Under the pieces are notes generated by a model. The model was not told the DNA's origin. It saw only the letters and a program-made list of their open reading frames with translations, and searched no databases. From the NCBI GenBank assembly GCA_951406725.2, contig OX597832.1, positions 36,952,001 through 37,016,000 on the forward strand: a DNA stretch of 64,000 nt. The letters are read 5' to 3'. The stretch is from Octopus vulgaris. Its lineage: Eukaryota. Position numbers and translations under genes: made by a program. Of the stretch, positions 12,606 through 25,910 are shown one piece after another (position 1 is the first letter of the stretch; every line of letters begins with the position of its first letter).

Positions 12606-14255
12606 ATGTAAATAATTCTTGTCAAAAGTACCTAAATCAGTCAGTCAAAAATATTTAACTAAAATAATACTTTAATAATACTAATAATAACATTAATAGT
12701 AACAATAACAATGATAATTATAATAATTAGTAACAATTAAAAACATTAAAATGCTAATTTATTCTAATTGTTAAATATGTTGGCTTTTATTCATATTTCT
12801 ATCAACCAAAAGCTTATAGGCTTCTTTTAATGTAAAACTTACTTTAATACAGTTTCCTTTCCAGTTCTGTCTTATTGTAACAATACAAGAATAAATGCTC
12901 CTTTATTAAATTGGATTTCTATTGTTTCATAAAAGTTATTTTCATGTAAATTTTATTCTTTAAATGAAATTGGATATTAAGATAACAGTGAATGTATATC
13001 TTTCTGTTCAATACATTATGTCTAATATTTGGTGAGTTTTCTGGACTGTTTTACATTTAATGTAAATGATTAAAGCCATTATCAAACAAAGTTGAAGAGC
13101 TTGCTGTAATGGATATTTGTAAAGTAAGAACCTGTTAACAACGAGTGACTGATGGTTTATCTTATGGGAGTAGACAGCATAGTTTACGTAGCTGAAACAA
13201 ATCCATATCTTATTTGAGTCTAATAGCAAAGGCTTTTAACAAAAAAAAAAAGATGTTAAAATATTTTGTGTGTAGATAGATAAGTTTATTGTTCATTTCG
13301 TAAACTACAAAATTCTTTCTCTTGATTTCCTGTACTTCAGACCACTTCATGGTCCCTTACTTGAGAAGAGTAAGTAACCAGTGTTTCCTAGAGTAACCCA
13401 CTACCAAACTATATCTGGCTCATTTTCTGTCAGTGAAGTCTGTTTGTCCTCCTGTCCCTGCTTGGTTATTTTAGTCTATTTTTCAGCATTGATTTAGAAG
13501 TAACAAATATTTAATCCCTATCGTTCCTGCAGAACTATTTTTCCTATCCTAAACTGTAGCATAATCATTCCAACATGAATGGAACAACCAGGAATGGGCA
13601 CCAATGTTCCATCAAAACTAAAACATATGGAAATTCTTCAGTTGTACAGAAGACCATATTATTTGACTGGTGTCTGTAAATCTCCATAAAAATACTATGT
13701 TTTCAGGACCTCATTGAAATTTTCACTTAGTCGTTGGAATGGTTTCTTGTTCTATTCTCTTCACCTAAACTACTGAAATACTTTTGAATTCTACATTAAT
13801 CTTACTGCTTACAACAGTGAAATGTGCCTCCCCCGTTTTGCAGGTTTATCTCTTTTGAACTTACCTGCTGAGCTTTGGACACCTGATGTGAGGCACACTG
13901 CAGCTTTGGTGTAAAATCTACAGAACACCTCTTTACCCTATTACACTGTCCGTTCTTCTATTCTGTCAGCCGTCTGTGACTGCTCTTTAATCGCATAGTC
14001 ACACCCAAACTCACATCATTGAATAACTGACCAGCACGGATGTCATCAATGTCAACCAGACATTACACAGAATTGACCAATTATTTTGATTAAGATATTT
14101 ATTCATTAGAACTAATTCTCCTATACTTAGTTATTATTTCTGTTGACATTCAATACTTAGAACCCCCTTTTTTTCTTTTTCCTTTTTTCTTTTTTCTGAA
14201 TTAAAATATTGTTGTTGACTCAGTCTGCTTGTCTTTTATCTTTTTTGCTCAACAG

Positions 14256-14319
14256 AGTCGAGCGTAAAGAGCGGGCACGGTTGAAGATTGTCAAGTTTAC
14301 TGGCAAAGGGAATGATAAG
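14256..14319 (+). CDS. dlg1: dlg1 HOOK helix exon (64 nt, phase 2-0)
   Basis: caacag acceptor, AAG|gtaagg donor. Encodes (R)VERKERARLKIVKFTGKGNDK, like vertebrate VEKKERARLKTVKF. In frame with the SH3 exon. Confidence 0.96.
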
Positions 14320-14562
14320 GTAAGGGAAAAACTTCAGCCCCTTATATACACACCTCATGGTGTGCCTCGTTGTCTTTGTGTTTTGTATATTTCTTTTGGT
14401 GGGGGGGAAATGATCCCAAAGTTAGAATTAATATGTATTTTGTTGTCTTCAGAAAATATCACTGGTTGAGTGATGAGTGTCTGTGGTGGTCTTAAACAAT
14501 GTGTACGTTTGTGTGGTGTGGTCAATGTCATATTTGATGGTTTCTGTGTTTTTAAATTCCAG

Positions 14563-14671
14563 GTGGCAGCAGCAAATGAAAAAAGGAAAAGCAATTTCTC
14601 CTTCTCTCGAAAGTTTCCGTTTATGAAGAGTAAGGACCACAGCGGTAGTGAAGATGTAAGCGCTGATGAAC
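14563..14671 (+). CDS. dlg1: dlg1 HOOK I3-type insert exon (109 nt, phase 0-1)
   Basis: ttccag acceptor, C|gtaagt donor. Encodes VAAANEKRKSNFSFSRKFPFMKSKDHSGSEDVSADE. FSRKFPF is the conserved I3 (protein 4.1-binding) motif of DLG1 and fly Dlg. Confidence 0.95.
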
Positions 14672-14812
14672 GTAAGTTCTGCTGGTGCCGCTTTGCCCTT
14701 TTTTTTCTCAATACATAATTACTTGACATCATATTTGCAGTACGCTTTTCTTTAATTGACAAACTAACACTTGAATATATGTACATATACATACATACAT
14801 TCACACACGCAC

Positions 14813-14849
<37 letters not shown>

Positions 14850-17504
14850 GACTGACAGACCGGTGTGAGGAACTCCAAGTGTTCTTCACTAGTCTAAACA
14901 ATATTGTTAGCCTGGGGTGTGCCAACAGAGAGCTTATAAAGTATTTTGCCTGGATTGATAATCCTTCACTGTTAGCTCTGTTGTTATTTATATATACATA
15001 TGTATATTTATACACACACACACAAACACACACAGGTCATCAACCCTGCTCTAGCAGCCCTCATGACTCATTATATCGAGGGATCATATAAACCTGTGTC
15101 TTTTATTAATTAACAGATGGAGTATGTATATATTTAGCTTCTATTTCTAGAAGGTCAAACAACTGTGAAGAAGTATTGCCAGTGAAGACCTAGGTTTTAG
15201 TAACTGTTGTTATGATTGTTGGTCAGGATTAGACTAGATATATATTGTGCTGATAGTGGATCACTGTTCAATAAGACAATGATACCAGTAATTATACTAC
15301 CACTTGTACTTTGCTGAATTATGAATCACTCATGTAGATATCATTACCTTTTCAATTATGAAAATTTGATGATCTAGATTGCTCTGTAGACTATACAACC
15401 ATATGGTTTCAAGATAAGACCCACTACACATCACTGACTAAGTGTCCTCTGCTATAGCCATAGGCCTTGTGCATTTGGGAGACAGATGGTTAATAGTTTG
15501 GAGATGATTAGTACCATGAGTGAGGACAAGAAGCATTTTGTGTAGGGATAGAAAGCCATTTTGGTAGAGACGAGTGGCCCTTCATGTGGTGCTCAGTGAT
15601 TTATTAAGTTTAAAACTGCAAAAGTTGCAGAAATATGTTGAAGACTATATACATATATTCATTTATACATATATGTATACTTATATATACATATATACAT
15701 TCATATCTATACATTCATGTATATAGACAAATGTACTCAGACAGACTGCTCTCTCTCACACACACAAACAAACACACATTAAATAGGGTTTTCTTGCTAC
15801 AGGTAGAAATCTTTGTTGCAATGTTTTGCTTGTTACACATTCATAAAATTGTAGGACAATTACTGTTAAAAACATTTTTTTTTTCATAAATGTAAAGTTT
15901 GTAAGATTTCCAGAGTAAATAATTTGCAATGTTTAGTTTTCCTACATTCTGAGTTCAAATCCTGCCAAAGTAACTTTCCCCTTTCAACTTTTCTCTGAAT
16001 GATGAAATATATTCTCCAATCATTTAACAGACTTTATTCAGTTGATTACATCCTCCCCCACCCCCACTCCCTGTCAGTTAGCGTCGGAAATCATTACAGA
16101 ATCAATAATAAAGCATCAGTCAAGGGCTGGGTCAGTTTAACCCTTTGTCTGTCCTGTGTGTCACTTGTGCTACACAGGATATTCTTCTCCTGGCAGCCAT
16201 GCTTAATATATGATTCACATTTCCACTTTTTTTTTTCTTTTCTTCTTTTTTCAAAACCCTGAGTAATTTGGGACTTAATGAAAGGAAAGCTTTAGAACAT
16301 ATGAAACAAGGGATAACTAAAAGCCTGAAAACGAGTTTGGATGTTTAGGGCAGACTTATGAAAATGCTTTGGACAGGCAAAGGATCACTCAAATTATTCC
16401 CTCTTCTAAATACTTGTGGGATTGGTAGCTTGTGTAGTATAATTCAGCCACATCCCTGTAGGGAAACTATAAACAATGGAACAGAGTCCAAAGCTTGATA
16501 CACACACACAACAATAGTCTTTCTGTAAAACAGTTATTGGTTCATAAACTATGGAAGGAAATAAAAGACAATGTAATGTTGACATAATATATTATTCAAA
16601 ATACAGTTCACTGATAAATATTTAAATTTAGGATCTACATAAATGTGTGCTTGTGAAATCATCTTTGCAGCCATGTGGCTTTGGGTTCAGGTTGCACTAC
16701 ATGGCACCATGGGCAAGTGTTTTCTGCTATACCCTTAGACCAACTAATGCTTTGTTGTGAATGGAATTGTGTGTGTGTATATATAATCATCACCATTTTA
16801 ATGTCCATTTTTCCATGTTTGCATGGAATAGATGGAGTTTGTTGAAACAAATTTTATAGGACCAGATGCCTTTCCTGTCACCAACCTTTACCAGTTTCCA
16901 AGCAAGAATAATATTTTCCCATGGCCAGAATTGGTTTCGTGGAATATTGGAAATAAATGCGATTCATTTACTTGCAAGACAACGAGGCACAAACATACAT
17001 ACCCATACTTATACAATAGGCTTCTTTCAATTTACGTCTCTCAAATCCACTCACAAGGCTTTGGTTAACTCGGGGTTATAGCAATAGACACTCACCCGAA
17101 GTGCTACACAGTAAGTCTGAACCAAAAGCCATTTGGTTGGAGAACAATTGTGATGTCACAGATAACTTGATCTTAATAGATTTGATTTCACTCAATGGTA
17201 ACACCATCAGTAAATGCTGTTATTTTCAAAAGACCTTCCAAATAAGGATATCTTAATACACTCACACACAGATGTGTGTGTGTGTGAATTTGTGTGACTG
17301 ACATCTTGTGTCTTGTCGTTAACACAATACAAACAAAAAAATGGATATCTGGTCTCAATCACCCATACTAGTGGGAAACAGGTTTGCAGTTGAAAGGGCA
17401 TCTGACCTCAACAAGCTTTGTCTAAGCACTTCTTGTCAGCATGGAATAATGGACATAGAAATTGAACAAATGAATATATAATATATATATTGTTACAGCA
17501 TCTG

Positions 17505-17815
17505 TGAAGGTGTGTGGATCAGTGGTTCGAGTGTCAGGCTCACAATCATGAGGTAGTGAGTTGTGTTCTTGAGCAAGACACTTTATTTCATGTTGCTCCA
17601 GTCCACTCAGCTGTAGAAATGAATTGCAACATCACTGGTGCCAAGCTGTATCGGCCTTTGTCTTTCCCTTGGATAACACTGGTGGTATGGAGAGGGGAGG
17701 CTGGTATGCATGGGCGACTGCTGGCCTCCCATAAACAACCTTGCCCAGACTTGTGCCTCAGAGGGGAATTTTCTCGGTGCAATCTCATGGTCATTCATGA
17801 CCGAAGGGGTACTTT
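17505..17815 (+). mobile_element. SINE family C
   Basis: Aligned by eye with 30385-30670 (gagcaagacactttat...gctccagt.cactcagctgtagaaatga...accgaagggg). Confidence 0.85.
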
Positions 17816-18172
17816 ACATGTTACAGAGTCCACTGCTTAATGGGTTCAAGTCCATCCTTATACACTTTACTCTATGATCCCTCTGGGACCAATTTAGTCA
17901 ACTTAGCTCCTCCCCAAATGTTTTTCAAAATCATGAGATTCGATAAAAATGTCCCAGATACAATACTTTGGCAAGATTTGAACTCAGAACATTAATGACT
18001 TTCAGCATTGGTAAAGTAAAGAACTAGTCACATTACTAATGTCTCTTGAAATTCATTGTTGCTTTTCTCCAAACCATGCAATCTTGTGTTAATATTATTT
18101 TTATTCTTTGAAAAATGAATTAATATTTATTATCTTCTCTCCTCTTCTTTTGGCTGCTTTTCTGGATTATAG

Positions 18173-18175
18173 AAG
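18173..18175 (+). CDS. dlg1: Candidate 3-nt microexon (AAG) of dlg1 HOOK, phase 1-1
   Basis: tcttctctcctcttcttttggctgcttttctggattatag|AAG|gtacgt. AG-free zone 18028-18170 with TACTAAT branch-like motif at 18034-18040 and TGC near the acceptor. Frame-preserving. Confidence 0.6.
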
Positions 18176-19768
18176 GTACGTTTGAAACTTATTAATTATT
18201 CTCTTCATTAACAATTCCGCAATAAGTCTAAATATATTCTCTCTCTTCCCCTAAATCGTGTGTAAAACATTTACTATATTCTTCTGCAATGAAATTTTAC
18301 CACACACACTGCAACTGTTTCCAGTTTGCCTCAGTCGGTTCTGTATTTCAGTCTAACTTGATTGAAGTAGGAATAATAAGGCATACAAGTTCAAGTATTA
18401 TTGTTCTGGTTTCAATACTAGTCTATACTACTTAATATACGACTGGAGTTACAATACTAGATTATACTAGTAAATGTAATATTACCGGGTTTAAAATTCT
18501 AAGTTGCCTCTGGAAGAGAGTCATTTATTGACACCCTAAACAAACCTGGAGCAGAAGAGGTCCCTCAGTTCTTTAGCTTCTCATCATAAAGATCCTACAT
18601 CCTTTTAATTACTGGGTTCATGGAACTTGTTGCATTAGACCAGTACAAGTTTGAAGACTGAGAAAGTGGGACTGTCTCTGCAGAAACCACAGCCACTATC
18701 CTAATAGCCATTGTGTGGTTGTTCAGTAAACGAAGGCACCAGCCACCAATATGCTTTCATTCATAAGTTCAATGGCAAAAGGGCAAAGAGGTAAAGGATA
18801 CTACAGGAAGGGTTCAGGTTTGACCCTGCACACAGGCAGCCATAAGACGATGGTTGTTATTAAGCTATGTCTTGTTAAAACCTCACTCGTTGAAGTAACA
18901 AGAAAGTCCACCCACAATTCTAGGTCAGTTCATTTAAGGAGATGTTACAATATGTTGCTATAAGAGATCTGAAAAATCATCAAAGCAACAATGACTTGTA
19001 GTTACTTGGAACAATAATTACAAAACAATTCGTATTATTCTTGTTGTTGTTGTTATTATTATTATAAGCCAATTTAACCAGTTTTGCCCACTCCTGTCCT
19101 TAATAATTTGTGGTCTTGTGGTTAATGTTAGAAATCATTAGTAATGTGTAAATAACTGAATAGATATTGAACCCCAGTCTGTTGCATCATAAGTTCAACT
19201 TGTGCCGTAGGCGCTGTTATTCCATTTTGTTTTTGGGCTAATACGCAATAGGTTATTTGGTTTTCAAAATTGGCTTTAGACTTCACTACAGTCTCCTTGT
19301 CTTTGAGTACACTGATATGGTAACAAATGTTATCATTTAATATATTCAGAAGTCTCTCCTGCATTAATGTTAATTAGACAATCTTTTTGTAAAGTCACTT
19401 TTAATGAATGAGTTTCTTGAATAATCTCTGGGATTCCATTAATATTATTTTTGATATACTTGGCAGTGGATTGGTAGAATTGGTAGAGTGTCAGACAAAA
19501 TACCTTGTGGTATTTTGTCATGTCCTTTACTTTCTTATTTCAAGACTCACCAAGCCTTTTATCCCTCCAGCAGTCAATAAAGTACCATTGATGTACTGGA
19601 CTCAATTTCCTCGATCTCCTTCCGTGCCCCTGCCCAAATTTTCTGGCTCTCTGCCAACATTACAAATTGTTGTTGTTGTTATTATTATTATTATTTCTTT
19701 GTTTTCCTTACCAATTTCTATTGCGCCAAAAGCTAACCAATATGATTTCTTGTTTTTTCTGCATGCAG

Positions 19769-19789
19769 AAGGCGATTGCCCTGGCCAAG
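19769..19789 (+). CDS. dlg1: Candidate 21-nt microexon, (E/Q)GDCPGQ, phase 1-1
   Basis: CTAAC branch motif 19733-19737, T-rich tract, tgcatgcag acceptor. Open in phase 1, but the donor AAG|gttttt is weak. Confidence 0.4.
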
Positions 19790-20120
19790 GTTTTTACTCT
19801 GTTTGTTTCTAGATTATTGTCAACCTGCTTCTAGCCATGTGCTGTTGTACCCGCTTCATGCTCACACATTTCCACCATCACTGTCACCAACCACTTTCAA
19901 CTACACCAAATCTGCACCCTTTTCTCACCACTATATTTGCTCTTGTGTCTGCATGTAGAAAAAGTGATGTTTATGCTATGAAACAAAAGTGCCCAGTTCA
20001 AATCCACTTGACAGGCACATTTATATGGGGACTACAGATGAGTGGTCCCATTCTTGGAACCACATACTGATAGTACTTGTGTATCTCCCAGAAGTGAAGT
20101 ATTTGTGTAGTGACCACATA

Positions 20121-20345
20121 TTAACCCTTTAGCATTTCAACTGGTCATATCCAGACCAAGTGTTCTGTTTTCTGCTCAAACTGACCAAATCTGGCATATC
20201 ACACCTATCTTACAATGTCTTTCTAAAAATAAACAATCACATCATTGAAATCTCATATTTACAAGATAATGCTTGATTAATTCAAAACACACTTAGATAA
20301 ATAAGAATTACATTTAATAGAGTAATCTGTATGCTAAACGGTTTG
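20121..20345. mobile_element. piggyBac-type MITE (opposite orientation to 5697 copy)
   Basis: TTAA-CCCTTTAGCATT ... atgctaaacggttt termini. Confidence 0.75.
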
Positions 20346-23300
20346 AAGGTACTTGTGTAGGGACACAGGGGAAAGATACTTGTGTAGATTCCGTGTTTAT
20401 GAAAAATTTAATGTAAATGATATAAAACATTATAAACATAAATTTCAAAGAAAAACAAACAACACCCCCCCCCCCCCATCCAATGGCTCACTAACGGTAG
20501 GTGTGGAATCAACTATCTGCTGTTTACTGGGCATGTAAGAATTTGTCGTTAGATGCTTCACTAACCATCGTTGGTTTTTTTAATCATGTAGCCTCCATTT
20601 GCCATGTAACCACTACAGTTACACAGTTCATATCCCATTAACAAGGACCATTTCTCTGTTTTAGTTTACATCAAATTGATATCCATAATATCAGGCACAT
20701 TGTTATGCAATAATTTTCAGTTCAGTCATGTCCCCCCCACACACACACACACACTTTTTTTGTTTTTTTTTCGTATATTATGAAATGTAATTATGGCACT
20801 AATGCAACAGATTCTAGTCAAATTGCTTTAGCTGTTTTGGGCTGATTCTCAGTGGCCAATATTCCATGACTACTATGAACAAAAACAAGAATGAAAGCCA
20901 TATGATGGTGAGAGGATGCAGAATTGGTTAATCTTGTGTGTGTACATATATGTTTGTGTGTCAGTTAGTCCAGCAGAAACAGACAGTGGAGTGAACATTT
21001 CTAAAGAACAGCCAGCATTGAATGATAAATATTGCTGCTGCCCTAAACCCTTCTGGGTTGACATCTGTATATCACACCCACATTCCTTAACGTGTCACCA
21101 TTTACAGTATTGTCTTCTTCTGTTTGGATTAGATCTCACTGTCTGTAACTGTCCAGCTAATAACCACACAAACACACATGCACGCACACACTTAAATACA
21201 CATCCACACAAATACGCATTCATAAATACACACATTTGTTCTTTATTTAAATTTATTTGCTTGCCTTTGTTTAGTGTAACTTTTTTTTTTTAAATTATTT
21301 CATTTATCTTTGTTTAAATGAAGACCTTTTGTGGTAATTCCCATTCTTTAATAAAGGTTAATGACAATAATTATGATGAACTAATTGCTAATCAAAATAG
21401 TGTTAGGCTGAAGCTCCAAGCAAATTATTTGTACAGCTTAGTTTTTATTCCTGGTTGTAGCTACCTCTGTTTCGTTTATTCAGTTTTGGAAAAGGCATGA
21501 AGGCCACATGTGGAATTTTCCTCACCTCCTTTGTAACCATTGTAAGATATTTCTCTTTGAGAAATTCTACCTGATGAATAAATAATTTACAAAGTGAGTT
21601 GAAGACACAATATTTTCTTTAAAATCTGTAATGTACACCTGCTCAACTGTTGTTGATTAAAAGTACTTACATGAGGCCATAGATGTAACTGCACAGGCAC
21701 ATAGTAATTTGTATAAGATCACAGATTAAAGGTATCTGTATAAGGCCCTGAGATCAAAGACACTTATGAAGCAACCAGTGGTGAAAGGTTTTTGTGTACT
21801 GGCCACAGTTTGAATATATGTGTATAGGTTACATATTAAAAGTTACTTTTGCAGGACCACTTATTAAAAGCATATATAAAGCACCCAGCATACAAAAATC
21901 CCTGCTTAAAATGCTAGTGAGTAGACCATAGTATTGTAGTTTGTTTTTAAATGCCTCTCTGCTTGTAGGAGCAACTAAACACCCTGTTATCTATTACTAA
22001 TACTGCCTATTGACAACTGTTGGAGCCAACAAGTTGTTTCATAGAATTCACATTTATTCTTTGTTGCATTAACTGGAGTACTACTCACATTTTCTTTTTC
22101 CTCCTCATCTTTGGAATGAAAGTTCCACAAAGACATGCACCTCCTTTAAAGATTCCAGGTTGTTGAGATGTAAATTGAATTTTATGAATATTGTTGTTTA
22201 TCATTCATGTTAAAGACACTTAGGTAGCAGAAGCAGGGTTATGATCTCTTTTACATTTATAACTAGCCAACTCCTACAAGTTTGTGTAGGGTTTACACAA
22301 ACTTGTAAATCTTACAGTTAGAAATCATGACTAGCATAATTTCATTTGTACCAATATTCTTAAATGATGAAGATTATTATTTTGAAATGGAAGATTGACT
22401 GACATGTTGTCTTCTAGGAGTTATCTATTGCCATTTACGTTATGAGTTCAAATTCCACCAAGGTCAACTTTACCGCTCATATTTCTGGGTTGGTAAAATA
22501 AAACACAGTGGTGATGATAAAATAATGTACTGGCCATGTTTTGGGCTCAAATTCTTACAAAAACCTCTGGCCTTAAAACCTTCTGTTAGAAAATATTAGG
22601 CGTCCATGTCATCAAATTATATTTAATTGTTTATCATACATATTGTTTTTTTCCATGCTCTCCTTCACCAGCTTCATCTCTCAATTACCATCTGCCATCC
22701 TCTTCATTTTTGCTTTGTCTATATTTGGTTTATGTATCATCATCTTTAGAACACAGTCTTCCTAAGTTTGTCTCTCTATCTCCATAGATAGCTGTGTGCA
22801 TGTGTGAGTGTGTGTATGTGTGGTTTTGTAATGTGTGCACCCAAACTCAGTCGCATGCACCAACATACACACATGCCAATATGTGTTCATTTATTTCATC
22901 ACCTTTTCCTCTTCTTTAGTCACAGCGTTTGGAAATGTTTAATTACAGCTTAATTCTGTTAATTACGACACCAATCTTTCATTTCAAATCTTTATTTTGT
23001 TTGTTTTTAAATTTTTTTATTTTTTAGTATATTTCACTCACCCACCATTTTGCTGAATCTCTTAATATTTCTCTGAAAATAGTTCTTCAAATGTTGGAAT
23101 GCCAAACTTCATACTTCCATGCCCACCACCTCATAACACTCTTTTGCAATACTATTGACTTGACACTATTTTTCCACTCAGTGTATTTGAATGTTTGTAG
23201 TGTAGATAGCCATGCTACCTGATCTTATCATTGTTATTATTATCAATTTATTATTATTGTTATTATTATTAATTTATTATTATTACTATTGCTTATAATA

Positions 23301-23972
23301 TACAAGCAACAGGTTATCAGTTACTCTTCACAGTTGTATCATGTCATTATTTTGGAAATCCTACCAAAATTCCGACATACACAACATCAGAGACAGCTGC
23401 TTTTTTTTTTTTCCTCCTCCTCTGTTGTCGTGTATGCTAGAAGATGAAGAATCGCAATGGGTGGAGGGACATGCAGTCAGTCCAACCCTTGTTAGCATGG
23501 ATATAAAATGGATGTCAAATAACGATGATACTATCACTTTGTTTTATTATGAAATGCATGTATCTCTGATATTGGATGGAATTATATATATTTTTTGTAA
23601 TTTCTTTACTTTCTTATCAAAAACTTAACATTAAATTAGAAATTTGTAAATAACTAATGTAACAAACCCCTCGAAAAATGTTTGAAACTAAATGTTAAAA
23701 AAAAGCATTTTATTATTGAGAATAACAATAAAATCATAAGGAAAATACTTATAAAGTTTATAATTTAATTAATTTGTCTTCCCATGCATGAATAAAGTTA
23801 ATTTAGTTTGTTTTTAATTAATTAAAATCTAATGTTTCTTGCTATCATCTTTACTGTAGTTTGATGTGTGTTGTATCAAAGTTAGGAACAAAATTGTCTA
23901 TTTTCTCTGTGTGTGTTGTATGTGTGGTTTCATCAACATTCTAGCTGGATTTTCTTATTGCATGCCTCATAG

Positions 23973-23993
23973 GTCCTCCTGAGAAGAAACCAG
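23973..23993 (+). CDS. dlg1: Candidate 21-nt microexon, (G/R)PPEKKP, phase 1-1
   Basis: ttttcttattgcatgcctcatag|GTCCTCCTGAGAAGAAACCAG|gtaacc. Good donor, purine-rich exon, TGC/TGCATG upstream, frame-preserving. Confidence 0.72.
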
Positions 23994-25299
23994 GTAACCA
24001 AAATGTTAACTGTGGTTGTGTTGTGGTTATCATGTTCATTTTATGCCATTTCTGTGTTCTTCATCACCTCTATAGTATCTTCTCACCAAAATGCATTCAA
24101 CTGTAATACTATTTATAGTAGGAGGTCATCTCTCCAAATGTAACGTTAGTTTTCTGACCACTGCACAGCCTGTGTGCAACCAGGGCATTCCTTAATTCTC
24201 TGAGGTTTAGCAACCGTTTATATCTATCACCAACCAAATTACAAAACCTCTTTATAGTCATTTGATCTATTAGAAATAAAAGTCAAATCTCTCTCAAATT
24301 CTACTTTAAAATAAAAAAAAGAAGGGACACAGTGTATAAATGTAAATATCAACTCTGCTCGGAAAGAAAAAAAAAAAACAGAATAATCACAGCTGAAAGG
24401 TTTTTGCTTTAGAATGATAAACAATAATAGATGTATATCATAGTATATTAAGTATACTCTTATAGGGTGGATTGATTTAGAAATAGCAGCCAAATGTTTC
24501 AGTCTTTAATCCCATTGAATAATGTAGTTCATGTAAAATGCCTGAATAAAAGATATAGTCATAGCTAGGGTATCATTGATCATTTGCCTGTTTGGATTGG
24601 GTCTGATCTGAGGCTAAAACAACAGCTACAACCACCTACCATGCAGTACCTGTGGTTATAACTGGATCAGGGCTGGCTTTACATCAAACACGATCACCTA
24701 CCCCTCATATGTCCATTTTTCATGTTGGCAGGACCTGGTGAGCTGCAGGGCAGCATTGGATTCCACTGTCAGCTTTGGCATGGTTTTTACTGCTGGATAC
24801 CCTTTACTAACACCAACCACTTTACAGGGTGTACTGGGTGGGTTTTTTTGTTCTAACAGCAGGAAGGAAAAAAGGAAAGAGCTTCCTTTACTAAAATGGA
24901 GTTTTTAGTGTTTGAGAGGTTAAGAAGGGCAACTGGTCCAAGCCAGGTGTTGAGAAGTAAAAGTGTGATGGAAGGACCAGCCCAGGTGTCTTGTTGTAGA
25001 GGAAATACAAAGCTACCCTGTTTTATGTAAGGATGGGTGAGAGTAGCGGGAAAGAAGATGTAGACGGTGGTGATGAGATGCCAGAGCATCTCTGTGTACA
25101 AGAAGGTGAGTAAAAGAAAAGATGTAGCCGGGAGAGAGGGGTGGTTGCATACGCATGTGAGGGGAGACGAATATTATAGTGAATACACATCATTCATTTT
25201 CATTTGTTAATTTGATGACATCAAAACCTAAAATTGCTTTTCATCGTCATCTAACCTCACATTCGAATACAGTTGAATGAATTTTAATTTTGTGTCTCT

Positions 25300-25910
25300 G
25301 CTGTATGTAACAACTATTGCCAGGTCTGTATTACTGTTGTTGGCGAATCTCACAACAGTTTAGTGTTTCTGCTGTTTGTGACACCTATTGCAAGGTCTGT
25401 GTTACTGTTGTTGGTGTATCTCACAACAGTTTTGTATCTCTGCTATATCGTAGCAGCTGTTGTAATATCTGTATTACTGTTGTGATGTCTGTATGGCAGC
25501 CGTTGAGAGCTTGTGTTACTGTTGTCGGTATATTTCGCAACAGTAAAGTTGTATATGTTAATGTGTTTCACATGAATTGTTAGCTATGTGTTGTTACTAT
25601 GTATCTCACAACTGTTGTGAGTGTATGATAATCTCTCATAACAGTTCTATGTATGATATAGAATGTCTCAGTTGTTCGGTTGATAGTCTCTCACAATTGT
25701 TGTTAGGTATATCATTTTATAGTCTTTCACCAATTGTTGTTGGATATGTCATTTTATAATTTGTCACAGAATTGTTAGGTCTATGAGTTCAATATCTGTC
25801 TCACAATTGTTGTTAGGTGTGTCATTTTATATATAATCTGTTTCACAGTTGTTGTTAGTTCTATGATTCGATAGTCTCCCAGAAATGTTATTAGGTGTAT
25901 AAATCTCACA
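25300..25910. repeat. Degenerate tandem repeat (tctcacaa.tgttgttaggt / tgttactgttgt motifs)
   Basis: Recurring tctcacaa and tgttgtt motifs at irregular ~35-70 nt spacing. Confidence 0.75.

Noticed and set aside
15151-15153. Second tag|AAG|gt 3-nt microexon look-alike
   Set aside because: Weak donor (gtcaaa), short pyrimidine tract with a nearby upstream AG, and it resembles a dispersed repeat (ctatttctag..ggt).
20916-21293. ORF with protein-like SPAETDSGVNISKEQPALNDK segment as a HOOK exon
   Set aside because: Acceptor is GT-repeat based and no convincing phase-compatible donor was found.
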